A model generated the notes under the pieces. The model was not told the DNA's origin and did no database searches. It saw nothing but the letters and a program-made list of their open reading frames with translations. A DNA stretch of 53,591 nucleotides from Octopus bimaculoides. Lineage: Eukaryota. The stretch is taken from positions 26,958,786 through 27,012,376 of the forward strand of contig NC_068992.1 of NCBI RefSeq assembly GCF_001194135.2, given 5' to 3'. Position numbers and translations under genes: made by a program. Shown here piece after piece: positions 1 through 12,286 of this stretch. Within the stretch, counting starts at the first letter, position 1. Every line of letters begins with the position of its first letter.

Positions 1-690
1 GGACAAGAACGCAAAACATCCAGACAGTTAGGTGATACAAGAAAGGGACAACAAAACATTCAGATAGACGATACAAAGAAAACAAGGACAGGTCATTCGG
101 AGTTTTCTCTCTTCAGTCGAGATCCAGATTATCCTTGCAATTTCGGCTGGTTATTCTCGATATTGCTCCAATCTGGCCATCCCTAAGGAAAAACTAAGCT
201 ACGAGCATTAGATTCCTTGAAAGAAAGCAGCGAATGTATACAAAAACAAGGACGAAAAAAAAAACGAACAATGTTACACAAATACAATAAAAATAATAAA
301 ACAGGACATAACAACAGATGTCTTTCGACTAAGGACGAATTAAATTAAGCTGGCGTTGTGGAAATAAGGCCTTATGGCAGGAATACAAGATTTCAGACGA
401 ATAACGATGTTACACGTACAACGGCCAGCCAAGAAAGAAAGAACACCGGTCACGTGGGAAGAGAAGAGAGAGAGGTTGAGGCAAAGGGACAAAAGAATTA
501 GCCAGGAGCGAGAAAAATGACAAGGAACAGTGAAGTAAAAAGTGGAGGGAAAGAAGAGAAGGCAAGGAAATGTGAGCGAGGTGGAACGAAAGAACGAACA
601 GTGGAATGGACGATTAAGGGTGAAGGGGCTGATAGACAGAAATAGAGTCGTACAAGATTTAGAACAATGTATATTTACATATAAGAGACA
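1..690 (-). repeat. Unclassified interspersed repeat, probably Penelope-like-element associated; 1-70 recurs at 955-1020
   Basis: GGACAAG..AAAACATCCAGACAG(T/C)TAGGTGATACAAGAAAGGGACAA occurs at 1-70 and 955-1020, bracketing a hammerhead-bearing unit; no protein motif recognised. Confidence 0.45.
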
Positions 691-706
691 AGTTGCACGT
701 ACGCCG

Positions 707-738
<32 letters not shown>

Positions 739-740
<2 letters not shown>

Positions 741-927
741 GAGATTATACAAAAAATAACAACAGACGAGGACAGGTGGTGTAAATAACAAAAGTATATA
801 TTAGTATGACGCTCGGGAATACGGAAAGTCTTTGACGTTTCGAGCTACGCTCTTCAACAGAAAGAATACGGAGACAAGGAGAAAAACACGGAGAAAAAAA
901 ATTGAATAGTGTTCAGTCAACGGTCAA
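739..927 (-). mobile_element. Short non-coding repeat carrying a minimal hammerhead fold (family HH-1, copy 1)
   Basis: Near-identical over ~140 bp to 51380-51521 in the opposite orientation; flanked by (TA)n. Confidence 0.75.
829..865 (-). ncRNA. Minimal type I hammerhead ribozyme-like motif, variant core CUGUUGA
   Basis: Minus strand reads TCTTT-CTGTTGA-A-GAG-CGTAG-CTC-GAAA-C-GTC-AAAGA: stem I TCTTT/AAAGA, stem II GAG/CTC, GAAA, GUC triplet, palindromic ACGT at stem III. Confidence 0.65.
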
Positions 928-2506
928 ATATATATATATAAATAATACAAAATGGGACAAGGACGAAAAACATCCAGACAGCTAGGTGATACAAGAAAGG
1001 GACAAAACATACAGAAGACGTATATACATATTCGAGTCATATTCATTTTTACGCTAATATACAAGATTTTCAACTTCCCTACGGATTTATAGAATTACCA
1101 TGGTTTATTTGCGGTTTTCAATTTTCATGAATTCCTAGTTTCCTTGTTTTATATCCATATTTTAGATGCTTCGTTAATGCAATAATCTTTCTACTTGACG
1201 ACAACGATTTTCTAATAAAAGCGCAATTTTGGATTAACTATCCTCATGAATTAGGTTTTGTTAAGTGACACCATACAAGCGAGATCATACTGCATGGTCA
1301 CCAGCAATTGTCTATGGTGACACAGCAACCAATTCATGTAGATGTCTGTTTAGATCTTTTCCTGGATTTTTTCTGTGTTGAATTGTATCAGCCACCGGAG
1401 ATGAATTTTGTCTATCCGTCTTAAGTGAATTAATAAACGACAACGTACCCACGAAGGAACCCCGATGTAGTTACACAGTCTGCTAAAGATAGCAATCGTA
1501 TTTCCCTCAAAACACACTTAAATGCATTTAAAAAATAGTGACTTTCGAACTCAAATCTAAGAAAAACAAATCTGGAGAATATAAACCATTTAGGCGGGCG
1601 CCTCTCTGTCTGAATCTTTTTTTTTTATTCTGTTCGTATTTTCTTGAGTTAAAATTATAACACAGAATTCCTGCGGTGGATTTTGGATTTGGCTGCATTG
1701 TTTTAAAGCCAATAATCTATTTCTCTTTTATCTTTGAGCAATAAGAATTAACAATTCCTATTGAAATCTTTGTGTTTCTGCTACAAACTGATTCTCTTTT
1801 TAACAATAAAAAACTACACATTTCTATGTAGCCTACTTCGTAAATTATATATCAAGTAACTAATATGAAAAAGAAAGTAGTTTTGATGTCTAAATCAATG
1901 GAGTTTATTGGAGGTTTTTAACAATACTGAACGATTTCTAAGAATATTTTTTAGCATCAAATATCATATCAGAAGCTATACAAAGTTTTGTTATGTATCA
2001 CACAAAGAAAATGCTATTGTTTCATTCCCGAAGCAAAAATATAATTATTTCAGTTCCCATTGTTGAATGGCATGAATTTCGGAGTTCACAGTTATCATAT
2101 GTAAATAATTAATGATGTTAGCTTTAGGCTGTGTTATCGGTCAAGATCTCGGCAGATTGCCGACGACTCCTTTGATAAAGATTTTTAATGAAGCAATCGT
2201 AACTATACAGCTGATACATTTTATACCTATATATGCGTGTGTGTGTGTATATATGTATATATAAAATGTCGAATGTACAGAATTTTAAGGACCAGACCAA
2301 ATGATAGGACTTACGTCGCCTTATGTCGTAAAGTTGTCATGCACTTTGCCAACAATATATCTGTAAAAACTTATAATAACATATAAAAATAGCAATAGCT
2401 ATATATTTTTATGACTCGTTTTAGGTATTAATTGACTCAAGTGAAAATATGTTGCAGTAAATACAAGGCCTACCAATTACTGACGCTCAGGGAAGGAAAG
2501 AAAGGG

Positions 2507-2538
<32 letters not shown>

Positions 2539-4554
2539 GTTCTAAATTTGACTAATATATATGCATATACATATGTGTACGTGTGTGTGTAATACCGTTG
2601 CTTATATATATATATATATNNNNNNNNNNNNNNNNNNNNNNNNNNNNNNNNNNNNNNNNNNNNNNNNNNNNNNNNNNNNNNNNNNNNNNNNNNNNNNNNN
2701 NNNNNNNNNNNNNNNNNNNNNNNNNNNNNNNNNNNNNNNNNNNNNNNNNNNNNNNNNNNNNNNNNNNNNNNNNNNNNNNNNNNNNNNNNNNNNNNNNNNN
2801 NNNNNNNNNNNNNNNNNNNNNNNNNNNNNNNNNNNNNNNNNNNNNNNNNNNNNNNNNNNNNNNNNNNNNNNNNNNNNNNNNNNNNNNNNNNNNNNNNNNN
2901 NNNNNNNNNNNNNNNNNNNNNNNNNNNNNNNNNNNNNNNNNNNNNNNNNNNNNNNNNNNNNNNNNNNNNNNNNNNNNNNNNNNNNNNNNNNNNNNNNNNN
3001 NNNNNNNNNNNNNNNNNNNNNNNNNNNNNNNNNNNNNNNNNNNNNNNNNNNNNNNNNNNNNNNNNNNNNNNNNNNNNNNNNNNNNNNNNNNNNNNNNNNN
3101 NNNNNNNNNNNNNNNNNNNNNNNNNNNNNNNNNNNNNNNNNNNNNNNNNNNNNNNNNNNNNNNNNNNNNNNNNNNNNNNNNNNNNNNNNNNNNNNNNNNN
3201 NNNNNNNNNNNNNNNNNNNNNNNNNNNNNNNNNNNNNNNNNNNNNNNNNNNNNNNNNNNNNNNNNNNNNNNNNNNNNNNNNNNNNNNNNNNNNNNNNNNN
3301 NNNNNNNNNNNNNNNNNNNNNNNNNNNNNNNNNNNNNNNNNNNNNNNNNNNNNNNNNNNNNNNNNNNNNNNNNNNNNNNNNNNNNNNNNNNNNNNNNNNN
3401 NNNNNNNNNNNNNNNNNNNNNNNNNNNNNNNNNNNNNNNNNNNNNNNNNNNNNNNNNNNNNNNNNNNNNNNNNNNNNNNNNNNNNNNNNNNNNNNNNNNN
3501 NNNNNNNNNNNNNNNNNNNNNNNNNNNNNNNNNNNNNNNNNNNNNNNNNNNNNNNNNNTATAATATTTATATGTATAAATATATATATATATATATAATA
3601 CCATTGCTTATACAAATACAGATATCTTGGATCACATCCGGAAAGAAAATTTAGCAGATCATCAAAATAGGTAGCTAGGTAACACGAGCACTATCTCACA
3701 GTTGTGCTGTTTATTGTCTACTTCATTTCTATCACTATAAAGCTGCTCGTAGGAAGTACTGTTAGCTGGAGCCAGCTGAATCTGATACACAAGTTAAAAA
3801 ACGTTACCGAAAAGCCACTAAAACACAAGATTGTTATCTGGCGGAGGAGAGTTATATCCCATGATAGTCATTCACCTAGATATGGTGTCTCAATCAATAC
3901 TCCCGTCGGTTGCAAACTCCATACACAGACATGACACAGTGATTTTATCGTTCATTTGTTAAAGTAGACTTTATAATTTATTGCGCCAGGGTTCTGTCTC
4001 GGTTTAACATTGTATATGGGCACACTAGTGAGATTTGATCCGGTTCCTGCTACATCAGACCCTCATTTAGAATGTATCTGTATAGTTATGTAGTATCATG
4101 TAGTGTGGGAAGGTGTTGAGAGATCTGCCTCAACAGTGAACTCCCAAAAAATAACAAACAGCATTATTTTTTCAGGTAACATTATTTGTTTAATACAACC
4201 ACACATCTTCCTCTCACTTTGTACAAGCATCACATCTCTTCTTGTCAGCCCTATTTTGTCTCAGCTCATCGGATCTACGCTATAAATTATGAGTAACTCG
4301 TAAATCTATAAGCATATCTGTGTTTAAGCCATGTAGCTCTCTCTGTAAAACCAGCTGAAGAATAATTCGACTCATTTCTTCAGGTGATTACCAGCTCATT
4401 AAAAGTGTTCTCTTTTATTTATACACACACGCATACACACGCACACACACACACATATATACACACACATACATACACACACATACAGAGATAAACAAAC
4501 ATACACAAACACACATAAATATAGAGGGGTGGAATGTGATTAAAGGACATCTGC

Positions 4555-4690
4555 TTATGAAAACGTGATAGAATAAGGGCTGGCTTTAAAAATATGTACT
4601 GAGGTTGAGTTGTTCACGTAAACTCTTCAAAGTGTTGCTGCAGCATGACCGCAGTTCAATGACGGGAACAAGGAGATGTTAATAGATAAA
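4555..4690 (+). mobile_element. SINE family C, 3' tail fragment
   Basis: CAGCATGACCGCAGTTCAATGAC matches the tails at 34632-34710 and 53262-53470. Confidence 0.5.
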
Positions 4691-4815
4691 TGATAAATAA
4701 CAGGTACTGATTTTATTGGCTTGCATACCTATACATTTGTTGCCAATGCATATTAGCTAAGCGACAAAGTATTTATGTGAATAAGCAATACAAATATTCA
4801 GATATGCACGCTTGA

Positions 4816-5204
4816 TGTTGTTGGCACTCCGTTGCTTACGACGCCGAGGTTGCCAGTTGATCCGATCAACGGAACAGCCTGCTCGTGAAATTAACGTGCA
4901 AGTGGCAGAGCACGTCACAGACACGTGTACCCTTAACGTAGTTCTCGGGGATATTCAGCGTGACACAGTGTGACAAGGCTGACCCTTTGAATTACAGGCA
5001 CAACAGAAACAGGAAGTAAGAGTGAGAGTGAGAGAAAGTTGTGGTGGAAGAGTACAGCAGGGTTCGCCACCATCCCCTGCCGGAGCCTTGTGAAGCTTTA
5101 GGTGTTTTCGCTCAATAAACACTCACAACGCCCGGTCTCGGAATCGAAACTGCGATCCTATGACCGTGAGTCCGCTGCCGTAACCATTGGGCCATTGCGC
5201 CTCC
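4816..5204 (-). mobile_element. tRNA-derived SINE, family A, near full length
   Basis: Minus strand starts GGAGGCGCAATGGCCCAATGG (A-box) with GTTTCGATTCC (B-box) downstream and ends in (CAA)n; 3' half shared with 14091-14404. Confidence 0.85.
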
Positions 5205-6814
5205 GCCGCACGCTTGATACATACAAAAGAAAGAATTTAACAACTATAGTAATGAGGTTTTGTTTATTTACACAGCAAGACTAATCGCATGCTTATTAAT
5301 AAGTAGGCCTATAATGTTATTTAAAATTTGTCTGCAGATACGCTGTCTCGGCATTTCAGTTAACTGTTAAGCATTAGACATCCACTCGTTTCCAGACATG
5401 TTTCCTGGAATACGTCGACTTGAAAAATTCCTAATTGCATTTATACTACTAGTACGGTACCCCTTTTCCCTCGGATTAACTAATAACAAATATTTAAGAA
5501 TATCAATTGTAAATATATAGTTTTCGTCTTCGCGTTTATTCCACGCCAAATGGACCTCGCTTCTCGGTTAGCTTCCTTCTGATTAATACAGGTATTGAAA
5601 AAAGATTCAACATCGAACTACAGCATTTAATATTGAACTCCTCTGTAACCTCGATATCGAAACACCAATTGCACATATTTCTACAAGATTAAAAATTTGC
5701 AAATATAAGATGAAACGTGGCGTTCATAACTTCCCGAAAAGTAACGGATATTTATAAGGAGGAGGCTATATTTACAGTACTCTACGCAAGCAGTTTCCTG
5801 ACTTTTCAATATTTATTTATGATATCAATAATCTTTTACCGAAGATTTTATTTCAAACGTAAAATGTAATTAAACATGACAAAGAACAGATTTTAAAATA
5901 AGTTGAACGAAGAATTGTTAATTTTGAAAGCCTTCAAAACTTATTAATGAAATTAGCAGAAAATAAAATTCGAAGTGAGTATTTCCTTTAAATGATGTTA
6001 TTAAATATCTTCAAAGGAAACTGCTCAACCTAGCCGTGAAATAATCACCGAAAGAAATATAATTAACAAATCTTGGTAGAAAAAAAAACAGACATCACCA
6101 TTTTTCATTATATTTTTTAATTTATTAAAGAGTATCGATTTATTTATTGATTATCATAAGTTTTAGATGTTGGTGTACAATTGATTACCTTCGCTTGTAA
6201 TAATTGCTGAAGTGGTCAGTAGGCTTTACTTCTCAGTGACCATATTATTTTCGTATCTCTTCTTTATATTTTGACTATACTTTTCCCATCATCAATGCGT
6301 GATGGGAAGAAGGAAAGACAAAATGCTTGAAGCCTGAGCAGAATGTTTGGAAAACAAAACGCTCTACTAGAGCGATCTAGTTATCTTAATAGACAAATTC
6401 TGTAATTACTACTAACATAACAATTTCATTCTAATTACAAATGTAATGCTTATGATTTTTTTTTTACTGTCTCAATTTGGAAAATGAATTGAAAAAATGC
6501 ATATTCTAAATTGAATGGCGAATATAATCACAGTAACGATTGGAGCTTATAGAAACTAAATAGTTACCATAAACACCAAATTAAAATATACCAAATTTCT
6601 TTGATTAAATACATAAAGAAATAAGATTTCAATTCAAATTAATTTCATGTTGACTATTTATTTGAATCAACGTTTGGAGAGATGTAAAAGAATTTGTTGG
6701 ACTGTACTTAAACAAATTGTCAAGACATTATAACTTGCTAATCCTTATTATTATTGCCATCATCATCATCATCATCATCTTCATTGTCATTGTCATTATG
6801 CTCATTATTATTTA

Positions 6815-6990
6815 GAAGGTGACATGAAGGAATCATTAGCGCGACGGAAAAAGTAATTAGCGATATTTCTTCCCGCTCTTTACGTCTTATGATCAATTTA
6901 CCTTCAATCTTTTCGGGATCAATGAAATAAAGTACCAGTCAAATACTGAGGTCGAATTTATAAACTATCTCCCTTCCTCAAGATTGCCGG
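6815..6990 (+). mobile_element. SINE family B, degenerate
   Basis: CTTTTCGGGATCAATGAAATAAAGTACCAG core similar to 7315-7520. Confidence 0.55.
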
Positions 6991-7199
6991 CATCGCTTCA
7001 AAAATTCAAAATGAAAATAAGAATGATATTATTATTATTATTATTATTATGTTTTTTTTTTTCTTCTTTCTTCAAATTTTTTCCCATTTCTCGCCGAGTG
7101 TTTTCCGTACACCTAGGGCAGAGAAACGTTGTATGCATTCCCAATTTACACACGCAAAGTCATAGGTAAAGCATGCATTTAAAATAAATAAATAAGAAA

Positions 7200-7295
<96 letters not shown>

Positions 7296-7305
7296 CATTA
7301 TCATT
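7200..7305. repeat. (ATT)n microsatellite
   Basis: Direct reading. Confidence 0.98.
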
Positions 7306-7314
7306 ACTATGAAC

Positions 7315-7520
7315 GTGGTGAACTGGCAGAAAGGTTATCACGCTGGGCAACATCCTTAGCGGTATTTCGTCTCCCGCTACATTCTGAGTTCAAATTCTGC
7401 CGAGGTCGACTTTGCCTTTCATCCTTTCGGGGTCAATAGATTAAGTACCAGTGAAACACTGAGTTGATGTAATCGACCAGTCGCTCCCACTAAATTTCAG
7501 GCCTTGTGCCTATAGTAGGA
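7315..7520 (+). mobile_element. tRNA-derived SINE, family B (Meta/MESC-like core)
   Basis: TGGCAGAAAGGTT..GAGTTCAAATTC head, core GTCGACTTTGCCTTTCATCCTTTCGGGGTCAATAGATTAAGTACCAG, (ATT)n tail; several copies in this window. Confidence 0.85.
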
Positions 7521-7581
7521 ATTATTATTATTATTATTGTTGTTGTTACTATTGTTGTTATTATCATTATTATTATTATTA

Positions 7582-7618
<37 letters not shown>

Positions 7619-7667
7619 TGTTGTTATTATTAATAGGCCTTGAAATCTATAGTAGAAAGAATTATTA

Positions 7668-7705
<38 letters not shown>

Positions 7706-8397
7706 TCGTTGTTATCATTACATCTCAGAGTGATTTCTTCTTTGTTACCTGAAAATGAGATCTCATGCAATATGCTGTCAAATGGTTTGTGTTCGCCATT
7801 GAGAATTCATAAGTTCCTTTGCTTTGGCGTTATTAAATTGAAAGTGAGCGCTCGACTTGCCACAGAAAAAGGCAGACGTACTTAATTATTTATCTCCATA
7901 GAAAAGCCTATTGTGACATTTCGTAACGTAGTTTCCTCAAGATACTTTAATGTAAAGCTTGTAAATTAACTGGAACTTTCATATCCTTTGTACGTAGCAC
8001 AATGGTCAATGCAGGTTCACAGAATTTTCTAATATATATTGAGCAGAGTAAATTCTAACCTTTGTTTAAAAATTGATTATACAGATTTCGGCCCAACTTC
8101 AGTACCTAGAATTTCTGAATAGACTTTCGATCTCGTAAGCAGAATAGATATTCCTTCAGGATATTTGAAGTTTACACAAGTAATTAATAGTAGAGTTGCA
8201 TAATCAACGATATAATTCCTATGCATTATATGGACTGCGAATTCATGTAGCTCTCATCTACGGTTAAAATATCCTCGAGTAGTGTGAATTCATTCTCAAA
8301 GAGCAAAAAGTTCAACGTATATCCTAATTGCAATTTCAAATTGTGAACTATACACCACACATACATACACACACACATGTATGTCGTAGTTTGTATG

Positions 8398-8401
<4 letters not shown>

Positions 8402-8489
<88 letters not shown>
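8402..8489. repeat. (TA)n microsatellite
   Basis: Direct reading. Confidence 0.98.
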
Positions 8490-8492
<3 letters not shown>

Positions 8493-8539
8493 GCCGACGA
8501 CCCGACTATGCAATAGGTAGTACTGGATTACATGTTACC

Positions 8540-9510
8540 AGAAGCACTCAACAGCGATCTGACATATGATGGACACAGAAATACATCAGTGAATTCAAAG
8601 GACAGTACAGCCATGTGGTGCTTTGGAGTCACGCGTTTGGCGCCAACGACATATAATTAACAACACAAAATTGTCTCTTTACAAATCGTTTGTCTTACCA
8701 TCCCTGTCATATTCTTCTCAAACATGGACAAGTTGCGAAAGGACATTTCAAATCGTTCGAACGATTCCACCAAAAATGTCTTCGCCGCATTTTAAACAAT
8801 GGGGTGATTTTACTCAAGACACAGATGTCTTTGTGTCTGCAGGCATCACTTCAATTAGATCAATCATTCTGAAAGACCAAATGAGATGGTCTGGCCATAT
8901 TGTTCGAATGGCGGATGAACGCACACCCAAACAGCGGTTATATGGCGAAATTGCAGAGGGTAAGTGCTATCGGTGTAAACCTAAACGAAGGTTTAAGGGA
9001 GGCATAAGAACTACAATGAAGTCACTTGGAATGGATCCAAGAAACCCTTGCTTCAGATCGAAATGGATCGCGAACAAAAGTGTGGAGTGGAGTGAAAGCG
9101 TTTGAATAAGCCATGATAACATATACAAGACTTAAGAAAGATTAAAAGAAAAATATTGCAATCGAGAAGGTGAATCTCAGTGACCTTTTTGTGTGCACAA
9201 TTTGTGACAGATCATGCCTTTCTTTTACTGGGCTCAAATCTTATTTGCAGGTCCATCATAAACGGACCACCACAAACTATCCTGTCTATATATCTGTGCA
9301 CACATTTCAATACAGTCTGTGCCATAAGGTCTGCAAATCTAACGCAGGAATCAAAAGACATTTTAGGATCCACAAAAAAAAAACAGAACTTACCATTGTA
9401 GCTCTTCGTGAGTGTCTTTTCAATACATTGTCTGGTTTTAAAAGCCACATCAGATGTCATCAGATTGACTGACTGAAGTGTAGGTACAAGAGGTGGTCAG
9501 ACTATGCATA
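8540..9510 (+). pseudogene. RTE-clade LINE, 5'-truncated and frameshifted (post-RT region plus C-terminal C2H2 fingers)
   Basis: Across frames: GALESRVWRQRHI..TKLSLYKSFVLPSLSY..FERFHQKCLRRIL..MRWSGHIVRMADERTPKQRLYGEI..KPKRRFK, the typical RTE C-terminal signature; then CTICDRS..LQVH, LCHKVCKSNAGIKRHFRIH, TLSGFKSHIRCH. Confidence 0.88.
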
Positions 9511-9527
9511 AGGAGTGGACAATCACC

Positions 9528-9610
<83 letters not shown>

Positions 9611-10599
9611 NNNNNNNNNNNNNNNNNNNNNNNNNNNNNNNNNNNNNNNNNNNNNNNNNNNNNNNNNNNNNNNNNNNNNNNNNNNNNNNNNNNNNNNNNN
9701 NNNNNNNNNNNNNNNNNNNNNNNNNNNNNNNNNNNNNNNNNNNNNNNNNNNNNNNNNNNNNNNNNNNNNNNNNNNNNNNNNNNNNNNNNNNNNNNNNNNN
9801 NNNNNNNNNNNNNNNNNNNNNNNNNNNNNNNNNNNNNNNNNNNNNNNNNNNNNNNNNNNNNNNNNNNNNNNNNNNNNNNNNNNNNNNNNNNNNNNNNNNN
9901 NNNNNNNNNNNNNNNNNNNNNNNNNNNNNNNNNNNNNNNNNNNNNNNNNNNNNNNNNNNNNNNNNNNNNNNNNNNNNNNNNNNNNNNNNNNNNNNNNNNN
10001 NNNNNNNNNNNNNNNNNNNNNNNNNNNNNNNNNNNNNNNNNNNNNNNNNNNNNNNNNNNNNNNNNNNNNNNNNNNNNNNNNNNNNNNNNNNNNNNNNNNN
10101 NNNNNNNNNNNNNNNNNNNNNNNNNNNNNNNNNNNNNNNNNNNNNNNNNNNNNNNNNNNNNNNNNNNNNNNNNNNNNNNNNNNNNNNNNNNNNNNNNNNN
10201 NNNNNNNNNNNNNNNNNNNNNNNNNNNNNNNNNNNNNNNNNNNNNNNNNNNNNNNNNNNNNNNNNNNNNNNNNNNNNNNNNNNNNNNNNNNNNNNNNNNN
10301 NNNNNNNNNNNNNNNNNNNNNNNNNNNNNNNNNNNNNNNNNNNNNNNNNNNNNNNNNNNNNNNNNNNNNNNNNNNNNNNNNNNNNNNNNNNNNNNNNNNN
10401 NNNNNNNNNNNNNNNNNNNNNNNNNNNNNNNNNNNNNNNNNNNNNNNNNNNNNNNNNNNNNNNNNNNNNNNNNNNNNNNNNNNNNNNNNNNNNNNNNNNN
10501 NNNNNNNNNNNNNNNNNNNNNNNNNNNNNNNNNNNNNNNNNNNNNNNNNNNNNNNNNNNNNNNNNNNNNNNNNNNNNNNNNNNNNNNNNNNNNNNNNNN

Positions 10600-10636
<37 letters not shown>

Positions 10637-10800
10637 CGCATATATGTGGGTGGGTGTGTTTCTTGCTTTGTTGTTTATACAAGGTAATCGTATTTTATAA
10701 TATACGTTGCATTTACCGTGCGTATTTGTTAATAGTGAGAGATTTGTGGTCTTCGATTGTTAACTCCTCTTTCTAGCAAATGGTATTCGGATACCCTACT

Positions 10801-10833
<33 letters not shown>

Positions 10834-10871
10834 NNNNNNNNNNGGAGAGAGAGAGAGAGAGACAGAGAGAG

Positions 10872-11050
10872 AATTCACAAAAAAAACAATAGACGAAAAC
10901 AGGTGGTGTAGAAAACAACCAGATGTATTAGTATAACGCCGGGACGTGAAAAAGTGTTAACGTTTCGAGCCTACGCTCTTTCACAGAAAGGAACACGGAA
11001 AGAAACAAGGAGAGAAAAAAAGAATGTGTAGTGGCTAGAGATCTATCGTG
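10872..11050 (-). mobile_element. HH-1-related repeat, diverged copy
   Basis: Minus strand CCTTT-CTGTGAA-AGAG-CGTAGG-CTC-GAAA-CGTT-AACAC; downstream ACACCACCTGT block shared with the other HH-1 copies. Confidence 0.6.
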
Positions 11051-11849
11051 GCGAATATATATATATATATATATCCATATATATCCATATATATATATAT
11101 CCATACACACGCGTGCGAGAGAACTACATATGTAAACATATTTCTTCCAAGCTAATGGTGAGTTGATTATATTTGTTGACGATTTTCGATTAAAATTATG
11201 AAAATTAACTGATACCATGCATACTCACACTCTTAACGATTCTGAATCCATTGTTTGGCGTGTCACTGTGCTAAGGACACCTATTCAGGAAGAAACATGT
11301 ACACCGACAGTCTTTCCCTTAATGTCTCTTTGATTGATTCAGCATGACAATCTTATTTTGTTGTTTCCGCTATTGGTCAGTTTACCTTCTCTCGAATCGA
11401 AGTTAACTTTAACAATTTCTGAATAAACCAGTCAAATTTGTGTAGTATATAGTAGTATACCTTTCTTCATATATTTTATACAATTTCATGTCACTGTGTA
11501 TACTCAGATACACACACAGGTATATATATATATATATATATNNNNNNNNNNNNNNNNNNNNNNNNNNNNNNNNNNNNNNNNNNNNNNNNNNNNNNNNNNN
11601 NNNNNNNNNNNNNNNNNNNNNNNNNNNNNNNNNNNNNNNNNNNNNNNNNNNNNNNNNNNNNNNNNNNNNNNNNNNNNNNNNNNNNNNNNNNNNNNNNNNN
11701 NNNNNNNNNNNNNNNNNNNNNNATATATACATATGTATGTATGTATGTATTTATATACATGTGTGTATTTGTGTGCGCGCGCACGCGTGTGTATGTATGT
11801 ATGCAAAGAGACTTAGAGAGACAGAGATTGATTAGAGATAGGTAGATAA

Positions 11850-11976
11850 GATAAATAGATAGATACATACATACATGCATACATGCATACATACATACAT
11901 ACATACATACATACATACACGGACAGACAGGCAGATAGACAGGCAGACAGACAGACAGACACACAGACAGACAGAC

Positions 11977-12025
<49 letters not shown>
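11850..12025. repeat. Compound tetranucleotide microsatellite (CATA)n-(CAGA)n-(TAGA)n
   Basis: Direct reading; explains the SIYL/SVCL/CMYV pseudo-ORFs. Confidence 0.95.
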
Positions 12026-12221
12026 TAGTTATATATATATTTTTCCAATTTATAAATTTACATGTATACACACACGCACACATACATACACATACATGTA
12101 CACACACACGCACACAATATCTATATATGTATAAATATGCATACATACATGTGTATCGATTTCTACAACTTAAATCAGAACATTCAATTTTTAAAATCAA
12201 AACCATAAAATTAACGTAGGC

Positions 12222-12286
<65 letters not shown>

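Noticed and set aside
100-125. CTGAAGA-GAG-AAAA-CTC-CGAAT on the minus strand as a hammerhead
   Set aside because: GAAA is broken, and no stem I or stem III pairing can be drawn.
2552-3615. 300-430 aa ORFs here and at 9450-10776, 11409-12048, 14802-15799, 17936-18277, 44827-45264
   Set aside because: They are N-gaps flanked by (TA)n/(CA)n; there is no coding evidence.
5705-5990. Near-open frame MKRGVHNF..LAENKIR ending at a GTGAGT donor-like site
   Set aside because: Three in-frame stops and no recognisable family.
8504-9508. GACTATGCA at both ends of the RTE fragment as a target-site duplication
   Set aside because: Loose similarity continues past the 9-mer, and the apparent 3' end lies beyond the right copy; more likely a shared RTE tail motif or chance.
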